Shown one piece after another: positions 1 through 11,681 of a DNA stretch of 57,024 bases; the stretch's first letter is position 1; every line of letters starts with the position of its first letter. Source of the stretch: Elsinoe ampelina (Eukaryota); assembly GCA_010093995.1 (NCBI GenBank), contig ML992504.1:1956726-2013749 (forward strand), read 5' to 3'. Below the pieces are notes generated by a model. That model saw only the letters and a program-made list of their open reading frames with translations. It searched no databases and was not told the DNA's origin. Position numbers and translations under genes: made by a program.

Positions 1-542
1 AATCTATTATAAGCTATCTACTCTCTATACTTAAGCTTAGAATAGTTATAATAAAAGGATAAGAGCTATACTATTAAGGAGAGTAAGGGTAATTACTATC
101 TTTACTAATCTACTAAGAGAATTATACTCTAAACTATATAGATTAGTAGCCTATCTAATTAATAGAATACCTCTTAAGAAGCTAGACTAGAAGACTCCTT
201 TTAAGCTAGTTTATAGATGTCTTCTATTAATTACTTATCTTAGGCTACTTAGATATAAAGCTTATACTTTAGATAAGCTTATTATAAGTAGTAACAAGCT
301 TATACTAAGGGCTTATATTAGCTATCTAGTTAGCTATAACTTAACTAACATCTTTAGGATCTTTATACTAGCCTCTAAGAAGGTTATTAGAATAAGAGAT
401 ATTAGATTTAATAAAACTTAGTTCTATAAGCTAGAGAAATAACCTTAGCTAAAACTAATTAGATTACTTAATCTACTAAGGCTCCTATAGAAGATTAATA
501 AATCTAAAGAGGTATATAAAGTAAAGGAAATAACTAAACTAA

Positions 543-674
543 ATCTAGTTTAGTATCTAGTTTAGTATCTAGTTTAGTATCTAGTTTAGTATCTAGTTTA
601 GTATCTAGTTTAGTATCTAGTTTAGAATCTAGTTTAGAATCTAGTTTAGAATCTAGTTTAGAATCTAGTTTAGT
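543..674 (+). repeat. 12-bp tandem repeat ATCTAGTTTAG(T/A) x11 in the copia integrase-RT linker
   Basis: 11 consecutive units read directly; the 12-bp period preserves reading frame. Confidence 0.95.
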
Positions 675-2276
675 AGCTAAACTAGATACTATCTTAGACT
701 CTAAGTTAGAGTAATCTAGATTAAGAGCTAAGCCTACCTTAGTAGCTAGATAAGAGTTACTCTATTATACTAGATTAGTTACTACCTCTATTAGACTAAT
801 TAGATAAGGCTATTCTAGATCTAAACCTAGCTTAGATCTAGAAATCTTTACTAAATAAACAATTCTTTAATACTCTAGCCTTACTACTATCTATAGTAGT
901 ATAGCTATCTCCTCTACTACTAGGAGGAGATAAAGCTAAAGGAGATAAGATAGAAGTTTAAACTAAAGAGGTAGTTAAAGCTTAGCCTAAGTAACTCTCT
1001 TAAAGAATTACTATAAGGTTAGCTAATCTTCTTCCTAAATATATTCTTATAATAAGAAGAATAAAAAAACTAAGAAGGTAAGTATATATTACTACTCTTA
1101 TATAAACTAATAAGGCTCCTAGATATTACTAAGCCTTTAATACTTATCTATTAATAACACTAACTTAGCCTAAGCTAGAATTAAGAAATAATCTTCTACT
1201 ACTACTAGCTAACATTAAAGAACTTAAGGCTTATTCTTATAAGAAGCAATTTTAAGAGACTATAAAGGTTAAATTACTTACTTTATACTTAAAATATATA
1301 TAGACTATTATACTAGTAGCTTAAGCTACTAGTAAGTCTATCTCTTTAATATAGGTATTTACCTATAAAGTTAATAATAAAGAAGAGGTTATAAAGCATA
1401 AAGTAAAAATCTATATAAGGGATAATCTCTAATTAATAGAATCTAAGACTTATATAGTAACTCTAGTAGCTAAGATCTTTAGAATACTTATAGCATTACT
1501 TACTTATAAAGACATAAAGGCTATCTAGATAGATATTATTAATACCTATATTAATAGTCCTATTAATAAGACTATCTACTATACTATCCCTACTAGATTT
1601 AATCTAGTTATAGAGGATCTTATAAAGGACTATTCTAGTATTACTCTATTAGATGTAATTCTACTACTTAATAAGGCACTATATAGCCTAAAATAAGCCC
1701 TAGCTCTCTAGTATACTAAATTTACTACTACTCTAAAGAGTATTAGATTTACTTAAGCCCCTAAGGCTCTATACCTCTAGATAATACCTAAAGTAATAAT
1801 CTTCTTCTTTGTAAATAACATTACTATTATATATCTTAAGAAGCATAAGGAGAAAGCTAATACTATTATTATAGCTCTCTATACTAAATATAAGATAAAG
1901 GTACTTAGAGATCTAAGCTAGTTTCTAGCTATCTAAGTTATAAGGGATAGACTAATAAAGAGACTTTAGCTTAGCTAAGTATAGTACATATAACAGATAT
2001 ATAGTAAGTTTATTATAGAACTAACTAGGCTAGTGTTAATACTACTACTAATTAAGATGCTTTAACCTTATAAAGGCTAAGTATTACTATAAGAAATTTA
2101 CTTATATTAGTAGAAGGTTAGATCTATTAACTTTATAGTAGTTATTATAAGGCCTAATATAGCTTTTACTACTTCTAGATTGTTAGAGTATCTAATAAAT
2201 CTATTACTAACTTACTAGAGAATAGTAAATAGAGTAATCTAATATCTCTATAAAACTAAGAATTTAGCTCTTACCT

Positions 2277-2415
2277 NNNNNNNNNNNNNNNNNNNNNNNN
2301 NNNNNNNNNNNNNNNNNNNNNNNNNNNNNNNNNNNNNNNNNNNNNNNNNNNNNNNNNNNNNNNNNNNNNNNNNNNNNNNNNNNNNNNNNNNNNNNNNNNN
2401 NNNNNNNNNNNNNNN
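2277..2415. other. assembly gap (N run)
   Basis: Run of n characters. Confidence 1.
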
Positions 2416-2717
2416 TTAGTATTTAGTGTAACAATTAGTAAACTATTAGTCTTATTACTACTCTAATTAAGAAGCTAAATATACACCTTTACTATGTTAA
2501 TATTTATTATTATTAGCTAAAACAAGAGATTAATCGAGCTAGAGATCTATCTAGCTCTATCTTAGTAATATAGATACTATTAGTAGACACCTTAGCTAAT
2601 AGATTTACTAAATTACTACTATCTAGGAGGTATAAGGCCTTCTTATAATAGCTATTCCTCGAGTTAGTAGTCTACTAACTAGCTATTATAGAGTTATAGC
2701 TACTTAGTGAAGGGGTG

Positions 2718-2912
2718 TGTTAACCGAGGCATAAGTAGAAGCGCTAAGAAGACTCTAATTTAGTTTATCCTAAGGTTAAACTAAATACTTATCTACTACT
2801 CTACTAATTCATGATTAAATTAGATAGTTATTGTCTTAATCTGTTATTACTTAGGAGTTCTATTGATTTATCTATCTCTTAGTTTATTAGGTTAAGTATT
2901 TATGTAGTTACA
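2718..2912 (+). repeat. 3' LTR of the copia element (~195 bp)
   Basis: Follows a purine-rich tract (agtgaagggg, 2706-2715), starts TGTTAAC, ends GTTACA (TG...CA with short inverted ends); base composition becomes normal right after 2912. Confidence 0.75.
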
Positions 2913-3328
2913 ATCCACCTCAGTTTAGTGGAGCAGGCAGTAATCAATCCTTTTTCCTCCCCCACACAACTTAACACTGCAAATGCCCCTCCTTGGACTC
3001 GTTTTCTTGCATACCTCAACACCAACAGCTTCGGCAGCGCCCAAATTCATGGCAAAAGAGCAGTGAGAGGTTGAGAAATTTTCCATTCGACTCTCAATAC
3101 ATAACATCTCCTGTGCAATCATCTATCATGCTCTGTCCATCTATTTTTATTCCTCAGAAGCGGGGCACGCAAATATCAGGCCTCTTGTCCAGTGCCGGTC
3201 TTCCACATTTACATGACGGGATTGTCACCCACCCTTCGTCTCTTATCTCTACGTCAACCGCCCCAAGTATAAATTGATTCAAGCTACTTCCCATACTCCA
3301 GGCTTGTACATCAATCGCCACCGCCAGC

Positions 3329-4288
3329 ATGCCCCCCAAGCCTCCAACCACCATCCGAGTAGCACTGGACTGGACCCCCAACACACTCCATACCGGCCTG
3401 TTCCTGGCCCAGTCCCTCAACTTCTACACCTCCGCCAACCTGAACGTGACTCTCCTCCCGCCATCATCAGACTATTCCACCACCCCTGCCCGCCTTGTGG
3501 CCGCAGGCGAAGCCGACCTCGCCATCTGTCCCTCGGAATCATGTCTCGCGTATGCCGAATCAGGAAAGCTGTTATTGCAAGCCATTTACGCCATATGCCA
3601 GCGTGATGCGAGTGCCATTGTCACCACGAAGCCCGAGTTCAAGGATCTGAAGGCTTTGGGTGGTGCAACGTACGGAAGCTATAATGCTCGGTACGAGGAC
3701 GAGATTGTGCGGTCCATGGTGGCTCAAGCCGGGGGTGATGGGAACGCCTTGAAGATCGAGGGCCAGAAGGGGAAGTTGTCCTTGTTCGAGGCGACGAAGA
3801 AGGGTGAGGTGGATGCGACGTGGGTGTTTTTGCCGTGGGAAGGGGTGGAGGCTGAGCTGGATGCAACCGAGTTGGGAGTGTTCCGGCCTGGTGATTACGG
3901 TGTTCCTTACGGGTATAGCCCTGTCATCTGCCGGAACAAGGGTGGCACGGTCAGCGAGGAGGCACTGAAGTCATTCGTGAGGGAGACGGCAAGGGGATAT
4001 CAGCTTGCTATGAATGATGTTGGCAAGGCGGTGGAAGTGATGAAAGCTCACGTGGAAGGGAGAAGTGAGGAATTCTTGCGGAAAAGTCAAGAAGCCATCA
4101 ATGGCTACTATGGTGACACGGTCTCGACTACAGCGTTCGCACTTGGTCAGATGGATGTCGGAAAGTGGAAGGAATGGGTGGATTGGTTGAGGGGAAAGCA
4201 ATTGCTGACAGCTGACAACATCAACTTGGAGGATCTATTCACCAACCAGTTCTTCAACCAGTGCATGTTGCTCGAGACTGATGAATAG
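3329..4288 (+). CDS. NMT1/THI5-like (SsuA/ThiY-type substrate-binding fold) protein, intronless, 319 aa
   Basis: N-terminal IRVALDWTPNTLHTGLFLAQ..FY, internal GEVDATW and YGVPYGY, C-terminal DLFTNQF are typical of this family. Confidence 0.85.
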   Translation: MPPKPPTTIRVALDWTPNTLHTGLFLAQSLNFYTSANLNVTLLPPSSDYSTTPARLVAAGEADLAICPSESCLAYAESGKLLLQAIYAICQRDASAIVTTKPEFKDLKALGGATYGSYNARYEDEIVRSMVAQAGGDGNALKIEGQKGKLSLFEATKKGEVDATWVFLPWEGVEAELDATELGVFRPGDYGVPYGYSPVICRNKGGTVSEEALKSFVRETARGYQLAMNDVGKAVEVMKAHVEGRSEEFLRKSQEAINGYYGDTVSTTAFALGQMDVGKWKEWVDWLRGKQLLTADNINLEDLFTNQFFNQCMLLETDE

Positions 4289-4342
4289 ATATAGATATGT
4301 CGTCAATGCTTCATGATATAGGCTTTCGAGATCTTAGAGCTC

Positions 4343-5377
4343 CTACAACTCCACAACTACCTTCTTTGCACTGACCCCTTCCTTGTTCTTGTCCACAGCC
4401 TTCTGAACGCTTTCCAGACCTTTGCCAACGATGAGAGGCTCAGGAAGAGGCTTGATGGAGCCGGCTTCTAGACCCTTGTACAAGAACTTCCCCCACACGT
4501 GATCAGCGACGTCTTTGTATTTGCTGAGTACTTCTAGGGAGAAGACAAAGACTGGCTTGATGTCGTCAGGCAAGCCCTGGACATCAGTCAAGACTGTAGC
4601 AAGCTTCTTGTTGCTGTCGCCAAGCTTGTGAAAAATGGACCCGATGGGTTCGGCCGACTCCTTCAAGGAGATGGAGTCGTAGATGCCAGCAAACTCTTTG
4701 CCAGAGCTCTTGACGGCCTTCACGATATCATCCACCACGGTTGGAGACCTATGGTCAAAGGCAGCAGTGGCTCCCACCGTGGCCTTCACAAATTCGTGAT
4801 TATGGACTGAAGCTGTTGTGATGACGCTCACACCACTAGCCTTTGCCAGCTGAATAGCAGTCGCGCCAACCGAGCTAGATCCGCCCCAGATAATAATGAC
4901 CTTGCCAGAGTCCTTGGGATCCAGGGACGGTAGAGGGAGACCAAGGTGATCTGGAGAATATAGGCCGACCATGGCAGTCGAAGCAGCGATGGGTAGCACT
5001 GAGGCTTCGGAATAGGATATGTTGTCCGGGATCTTGCTCACTACCGTGGTGGGTACAGCAGTAAAGTGCTGGAATCCGCCATGGGTGATCTTCCCATTAG
5101 TCAAGTATGTCGTCTGACCAAAGACCCGGTCGCCGACCTTCAGTCCCTTGACGGACGCTCCGACCGAGTGGATCTCGCCTGCGACATCGCCGCCGAGCAC
5201 GACTGGGAATTTGTCTACCGCATAGCCGCCCTGGACCTTCCAATCGATGGGGTTGATGGCGAGGGCGTGGTTCTTGATGACGACCTCGTCGGCTTCGGGT
5301 TGTGGTAATTCTGAAGAGTCGAGGGTGAAGGGATAGGCTCCCTTGGACAGAAGCCAAGCGGCGCGGTTGGTGGTCAT
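4343..5377 (-). CDS. medium-chain dehydrogenase/reductase, enoyl-reductase-like (GroES-like + Rossmann), intronless
   Basis: VVIKNHALAINPIDWK, PVVLGGDVAGEI, IWGGSSSVG NAD(P) loop, GVSAKKVVV end; start placed at ATG 5377 (MTTNRAAWL). Confidence 0.9.
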   Translation of the reverse strand: MTTNRAAWLLSKGAYPFTLDSSELPQPEADEVVIKNHALAINPIDWKVQGGYAVDKFPVVLGGDVAGEIHSVGASVKGLKVGDRVFGQTTYLTNGKITHGGFQHFTAVPTTVVSKIPDNISYSEASVLPIAASTAMVGLYSPDHLGLPLPSLDPKDSGKVIIIWGGSSSVGATAIQLAKASGVSVITTASVHNHEFVKATVGATAAFDHRSPTVVDDIVKAVKSSGKEFAGIYDSISLKESAEPIGSIFHKLGDSNKKLATVLTDVQGLPDDIKPVFVFSLEVLSKYKDVADHVWGKFLYKGLEAGSIKPLPEPLIVGKGLESVQKAVDKNKEGVSAKKVVVEL

Positions 5378-5902
5378 GGTATCTGTCAATGATGTCTGCT
5401 CCGATTGCTGGTTATGTATATGAGGGAATATTTCACAATTGAAGGAGAGAAGCAGAAGTAGGTTGAACAGCAATACTTATACTTGCCAGTGATGGATAAG
5501 TTACTGCGGTCGAATTCGATTCGGTACAGATGTGCTACATTGGGAACAACGATGATGCGTCAGACGGACCAACTTTGATGGAAGATTTGCAATGCAAGCG
5601 TGGTTAGATGGAAAATGATGTGATGGGCTATGTTAACCAAAAGACATGGACAAGGGCATGTGCTTAACAATCACAACCTTTTACCAATACTGTAAGAGCC
5701 AATCACGGCTCAAGGAGCTCCGTGCTCGGTCCCAAAGCTTATCCCCGGACATGTCGATTCTCTACCGAGAGTCAATGACAAACCTCGAGCTTTTGGAGAG
5801 CTCCTGTCTTGCGCCTGATTGCATTGCTGGTCCCGATCGTCCAATTGGCTGCTGACAGTCAATTACCGATAGAGGTAGGACCCGCAGAAGTCGACATACA
5901 CC

Positions 5903-6841
5903 ATGGCAGAAGCCATCTCTGCCCCGCCCCCAACGACCACACCCACAGCGCACCCAGCAGCCTCGACAACCCCATCGCCAGAGACTCGAGCTCCCCTCAA
6001 CGGAAACAGCAGTCATGCCTCTCCTTCAGCCTCACCAACCCATGGCAAAAAGCGTTCTCGCTCTCCTTCCGCCCCACCGCCCACTACCCACCCAATCGAT
6101 GATCCCTCCTCCCCTCCCTCTCCAAACCACCCTCGCAAACGCTCCCGCGCAGCCATTGACGAGAAGACACGCACGCGCCGCCTATTCGGTGGTCTCCTCG
6201 GTGGTCCCACCCCTCGATCACGCATAGCGCAAGATCGCAAGACATCGCTCACCTCGAACGCGCCAAGTGAGGAGACACTCGCTCGTCGCGCGTCGATCGA
6301 AGCTCGTAAGCGGTCAGAGCTGGCGAAGAGGGACGAAGAGATGGCTGGAGTGCAAGCGGAGAAATTGGCAGAGCTGAACAGACGGCGGCGGAAGAGGCAA
6401 CTATTACTGGAGGAGAGGGACAAGGAGAGGGAGTGGGAAGGAAAGATTTCGAGAGTCGGGTTTTTGAGGACGAAGGGTCCAGGGGGAGTGTATTGGCGAC
6501 CTTGGAAGTTGACAGAGGAGCAGAAGGAGGAAATAGAGGAGAAAAGGAGACGGGCAGAGGAGCATGTAGACGAGGAGCGAGAATTGTGGTGGGAAGAGAA
6601 GCGGCGGAGGGATAAGGAGGCGGAAAGGAAAGATGAAACTGCCGATGATCTTGAGAAGGATGGTGTTGAGGTGATGAGCAAGCACGGCGACATGGATCTG
6701 GCCCAGAAGGATCCTGAACACGACGCGACTGAGGACACCGACAAAGCAACCTCACCTCCAAGCAAGCAACGAAACGGGAGTCCGAGTGAAGACGAAGCGG
6801 ACAACGGAGTCGACGCTGGTGAAGATACAGTCATGTACTGA
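5903..6841 (+). CDS. pinin/SDK/MemA-domain protein
   Basis: EKTRTRRLFGGLLG and FLRTK...VYWRPWKLTEEQ motifs flank a charged coiled coil. Confidence 0.8.
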   Translation: MAEAISAPPPTTTPTAHPAASTTPSPETRAPLNGNSSHASPSASPTHGKKRSRSPSAPPPTTHPIDDPSSPPSPNHPRKRSRAAIDEKTRTRRLFGGLLGGPTPRSRIAQDRKTSLTSNAPSEETLARRASIEARKRSELAKRDEEMAGVQAEKLAELNRRRRKRQLLLEERDKEREWEGKISRVGFLRTKGPGGVYWRPWKLTEEQKEEIEEKRRRAEEHVDEERELWWEEKRRRDKEAERKDETADDLEKDGVEVMSKHGDMDLAQKDPEHDATEDTDKATSPPSKQRNGSPSEDEADNGVDAGEDTVMY

Positions 6842-7053
6842 GATATTCATGTTTGGACTACCTTTCCGACCACCCTCACAGGATACCCAAGCGTTGGACA
6901 CATCAGACAATCGAGGACAGAAAATCCACATTCTTCGTTCTTGGTATCAACCTGACTGCCAGGATTCACTTACGGCAATGATTGTAAGAAGCAGAGCCAC
7001 AATCCCAAAACACCAGACAATGCCGCCATATGCAATGATACTTCTTCGAATGC

Positions 7054-10000
7054 TTATGCCTTTCTCTTGCCAACAGCCTCCTTCAATGCACCGAGTCGCT
7101 CTTCAGTAATGCGAATGGCTTCATGCACTTCCCGATCCTTCATCTTCTCGTCCTTCAGCTTCTTGCCCACTTTGTTCGTCATGACCTTCTGTCTTCCTTC
7201 AACTGCCGTGATACCGGCGTCTAGCCCAACTCTCTCCTCAAGCCAGTCCCAAAGCTCTGCCTCTTCTCGCGCCCACATTGCTTCGTATGCATCCATGCGC
7301 TGTTTGCTCCCACCACCAAAGCCCACCATGTCTCTTCCACCTCGTGGGCTAAGGTTCATCCACCAGCTTTGTACAAGAAGGACGAACAAGACGGCAATGA
7401 CCATGTGCGGAGTGAAGAAAGGCTTGAGAAAACCCACCAGCGGTCCAAGTGTCGGCCGCAGGGGATCGAACAGGCCCCAGTCTTCTTCTTGCTTGATGAC
7501 AACTTTCTCCTCAATGACCGCAGCCTCCTTGGCCACGCCTCGTTTGCCCTTCTTGCCTTTGACCGCTCCACCCTTTGCTGGTCTGGCAACGGCGGTCTTG
7601 AGGGCTGCGATAAAGTCCTTGACGTACTGGATCTGACCATCATTGGCACCCTTCTCGATAGGTCCTTTCAGCCAGGATTTGCCAGTCCATTCGATGGTGC
7701 AAGAAGCGATCATTCGAGTTGAGTTGCCGGGGCCCCACATGAGGCAGTATCGTGTCTTGGTCGTGAAGATACCTCCGCTTGGAACATCGGGCGTCTGAGT
7801 GGAGCAGTCGATGCTGATAGACTTCTCGAGGTCGAAGGCCTGCAACGTAGACGTGACGATGCACTTTGTCTGCCTCGGTCCGACCGGTGCATTGAGAGGT
7901 TTGATGTAGCTACAGGTAAAGACCTTGTGTGCCATATCCAAACCAGTTGACGTCTCATATTCGAGCTCGCGAGACTTCTGATCATCGACGAGGAACTTTC
8001 GCATGAAGGTGTTGGATTGAGGTCCCCAGGCCAATGAATAGATCTTGCCCATTGGTGCAGGAATCGTGGTATCGATCAGGGGACGGTCGTAGTGTGTTGA
8101 GGTATCAGAACATTCGGTGGGATCGTGACCTGCTGGACCTGGAAAGTCCGCACCGACAGGCGCGGTAGCCCCAGGCTCCAAAGGCGGACCGTCGAAGCCT
8201 CGCGGTATGGCCACAATGGGCGAAGCACCGCCGAGAGGCATGGATGAAGCTTTCCGCGGCGCCAATCCGTCACCAGCGTCGCTAGCTGCAGCACTGCCGA
8301 GATTGTCGTGTTCTATACTGACCAAATCGTCATCTACCTCTTCGTCTTCATCGTAGACATCATCTGAGCCGTCGTCAGACCCATCATCTGACCCTGTTGA
8401 TTCGCCTTTCTCCGTCTTCTCGCCATCGCCAGTATTGTCCAAGGAGACACTGTTGGGCAGAATGCGGAGGTTGGGATGTGACGTCTTCCAGATGCCGAGG
8501 AGCAGATCATAAGTCGAGTCTCGCATGACAAAGGAAGCAAAGACATTTCGGGAGTGCAGTGTCTGAATGACGATGGCGTTGGGAAATACGATAGCTGTGT
8601 TCTTCTTTTCGATTGTCTGTATTTCGTCAAAGGCAATGACCAGGTTGGTGACCCAGCCAAGAATATTGCTGGAGAAGCAGACATGTCCTTCCGATACGTA
8701 GAATCGACCATGGAGCAGAATGTCCCGTTGTAGTGCCGCACTGTAATCCTCGATGAGATAGTCATCCTCAGGGACACTTCGGAAGAGAGAGTGAAAGTCC
8801 TTGTTGCGCTTACTGCTTGCAACCGCGAATCCAGTAGGTCTGGGTACGACGCTGCCGGCGATCGAAGGGGTAGGAGCAAGAGTGGAGGTGCTGTGACTGA
8901 CAGTGGGCCCTAGCGTATTGGCCGTGCCGACTGAGCTCCCGCGCTTCCGTCCTTTCTTCCTGTCACTCAATCGGCTTCTGATACTACCACTTCGCTTGAT
9001 ATCACCATTGTCAAGAGGTAGCGTTGTGGCTCGCGACGGCGACTGCTCGGTGCCTAGACTCCGTTGTGAAGCCACAGACTGTGGCCGTCCTCCTTGGGCT
9101 TGAGCGATTGCCTGTATCACGGGCTTCTCGTAAGCAGCTGAAACGGCGTTGGCGGCACCATCATCTACCTTGGGACCATGGTTGTCCGAGGTAGGAGGTC
9201 GCGACTGCCGCTCATCTGCGGAAGTGTTGAATGTGGTCGTCATCGGGCTTGGTTCTGGATATTCAATGCCTAAGCTAGCCAGTCGAGAAGTTCCCTTCAT
9301 AGGATAATCAATGACTGGTGCTTGTTTGGCCAGCTTTGGGGTCTCCACACCTGGCTGATCCACCTCCTGTTCCGGTATCAGGATGGGCTTGGGGACAGCC
9401 CGTTCTGGTGTATCTTGCTTGCTCTTTCCTGTCTGATTTTGGAATGGGTTGCTGAATTGGTTGGCAGCGTTCTGGGCGGCGTTGAACACCGAAGAGAAGA
9501 AACTCCCAGTCGGCGCCGGCGAGGTAAGAGATCCGCCAGGAGTCTTTGTCTCTTCGATGGGAGGGGTGAGGGGCGGACCGGAGAGGCTGCTGTTTGACTT
9601 TGATCCAGTGAGACTGCTGATGTTGAATGATTTTGGCCTCGCACGACTACGTGAGCTCGGCGAGTCGGTGGTCGATTTGGAAGGAGAGGTGTGCTTGGTC
9701 GGGGATGACTGTGTCGGAGTTGGTGGCGTGATGAGTGTTTCCGGCGCCTCAGCTACGTTCGGTGGGGTCGATGGCCGTTTGGTGGTATCAATAGACGGAG
9801 GTTTAGGAGAAGTTGTGGATGTAAGAGGCTTGCCGGCAGCCTTTGCGGGCTTGATGCCGGTGGGCTGCTGTAAGTCCTGAGGTGGCTCTTCAGCTGCTCC
9901 TGCCTTGAGCTTAGTATTCTCCTCCGAAGCCCCGGACGACCCGCTTGTTCCGCCAAAGGCCGCACTCTTTAAGCTATCCGCCTCCAACGATTGTTTCTTC

Positions 10001-11206
10001 TTGCCGAGTGTGAATGCGCTCTTGAATTTATCGACAGGACTATGACGACGTTCGAGGGGTGGTTTGGGAGCCAAGTCCTTGCTTTGAGTGGGGAGCTCAG
10101 GGAGTGGCTGTCTGGGCGGTTCGGAGGTGTCCTCCTCTGGCGGTGAGGTGATGACCTGTATGTCCGTGGTCGCATTGATTTGCGGAGAATGGAGGGTGAG
10201 ATAACCAGCGTGGGAAGCGTGTGGTGAGATGGTAGGCCGTACAGGAGCAGCACTGTCGCGTGTGGTCAGCCTTGCGGGAACGCAACAGAGTGAGACGGCG
10301 TAGTGAGGCCGTCACGAACAGATTGCGCTAATTTCAGCAGAAAGAGGGTATAAAGTCAGTGTAGCCGGCCAGCGGCGGGAGACGAAATATAATCGAGACG
10401 AGCGCAAGACGGTGATGATGTCGTGGGATTACGACTGTCGTCTGAAGATTCGTCGGTGTCGGCGTCTTCTGATGTGATGGGCCGACTTTGTGCAGCTTGA
10501 CAAGGGCTGCTGGAATGGATCCGATCCTCAAAACGTCTCACGCTCCTGGACTGCACGGGCCATGCATAAATCTGGGTCTGGTGAGATCCATCGAATTGCC
10601 TTTTGGCGGGGATTTGCTTGTGTCGAATCAAGCATGCGTAATTCCCAGTTTTGAGAGCCACGAGGCCAGGTTGACGAATGGTTACGAATGTCCTCAGATG
10701 CTCGCCTACGGGTCGATCTCCCAGATTAAATGTCATGATGAAATAATTGTTGCTTACCTCTGTTGATCTGGTTGGTCCTCCGAGTCCTCGGTCATGAGAC
10801 TGCTGTGAACACTGGCCGTCTTGTTCAATGATGTGCTGCTGCTTTGTCGCGATAATCGTGCATCTCGACTGACGGCGGCCTCTGTTGAAAGAAGACTGCC
10901 ACGCCTCTCGCCTTCCTCTGCCGTGCTGCTTTTGCGACGCTTCAGCTTGCCAGGTAGAAGCTTAGATAGCCGTCGGGAGCCATCTACACTGCGTCGACTA
11001 CCTTCGCTGGAGCGTCGGGAACCATGAAGCTTGTCGACGATGCTGTCGGTTGAGACCCGTGAGACGGTGACGCCTTCGACGTCGTCGCCTGAGCTACTGA
11101 CGAGAGACTGAGAAGAGACGTTGGCGTCTTTTTTGCGTCCCTTTTTGAACAGTCCACGTTTGCCCATTGGCGATGGTGATGGAGTCCTGTCAATGAGTGT
11201 CGCCAT
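7054..11206 (-). CDS. GRAM + VASt/StARkin sterol-transfer protein (LAM/Ysp2 family); exons 11206-10758 and 10252-7054
   Basis: GRAM motif RNKDFHSLFRSVPEDDYLIEDYSAALQRDILLHGRFYVS, VASt TQTPDVPSGGIFTTKTRYCL, C-terminal TM helix. Donor GTAAGC at 10757, branch GCTGAC and CAG acceptor at 10253 join the upstream ORF in frame (..QQS-AAPVRPTISPHASHAGYLT..). Confidence 0.9.
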
Positions 11207-11681
11207 GACAAACTTCGGGATAATGGTTGTCTATATGCCTTGCATGGGTGATTGCAACTCGAGTGAAGCTGTCTGCAGTGCTTCCTTTGGCGCCACCTTT
11301 GAGGGGTTCGTAAAGGTTGACTACCGGTCCATATCTGATGTGGACGCAACCGAATGCACGATCCCTGACCAGTGCCGAAGACGTGGAGGCGGTTGGATTG
11401 AGACGATTGTGGTATCCGTAGTGAAGAAGTGTCCTCACGATTGAGAGACGCGGATTGTGGGGGAGAGAGATCGTCGACGACGGTCCGGTCTTCACGTCGT
11501 TCCGAGCCAGAGTTTCATGACCCAGCGGAGCCGCATGACGAAAGCACTTTTTTAAGCTCTCGGTTGCTCCCTTTTTCCGTCTCCGACTCCGCGTCGCGTG
11601 GTCATGCGAGTCATTTACTTCTCTTCTCCAATTCTACCTACCTCAATCTAGACTCATATTGTATATGCGACAACCACAGCA

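Larger units (their letters stand above)
1..2912 (+). mobile_element. RIP-inactivated Ty1/copia LTR retrotransposon, 3' part (end of integrase, RT, RNase H, PPT, 3' LTR)
   Basis: Very AT-rich and TpA-saturated. Reverting C>T/G>A changes gives copia motifs in copia order: post-integrase GCKAY..KL.PRAHIGYLVGYDSTNIFR (~245-365), RT LLLNKALYGLKQAPALWY (~1660-1715), FFFVDDI (~1800-1822), YQQKVGSIN..TRPDIAF (~2105-2170), RNase H QCDNQQTI / HLRHVDIHHHWL / LADGFTK (~2423-2615). Confidence 0.92.

Noticed and set aside
2913..3328. TPP riboswitch upstream of the THI5-like gene
   Set aside because: No CTGAGA or TGAT..TAAT..GCG aptamer core and no convincing 5' UTR intron.
5378..5473. N-terminal extension MLFNLLLL.. 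of the MDR ORF as a signal peptide
   Set aside because: Starts at a non-ATG codon; family similarity begins at ATG 5377.
6013..6834. 273-aa antisense ORF, and similar shadows such as 7067-7636, 16081-16824, 19832-20662, 41950-42570
   Set aside because: They overlap well-supported genes on the other strand and have no motifs of their own.
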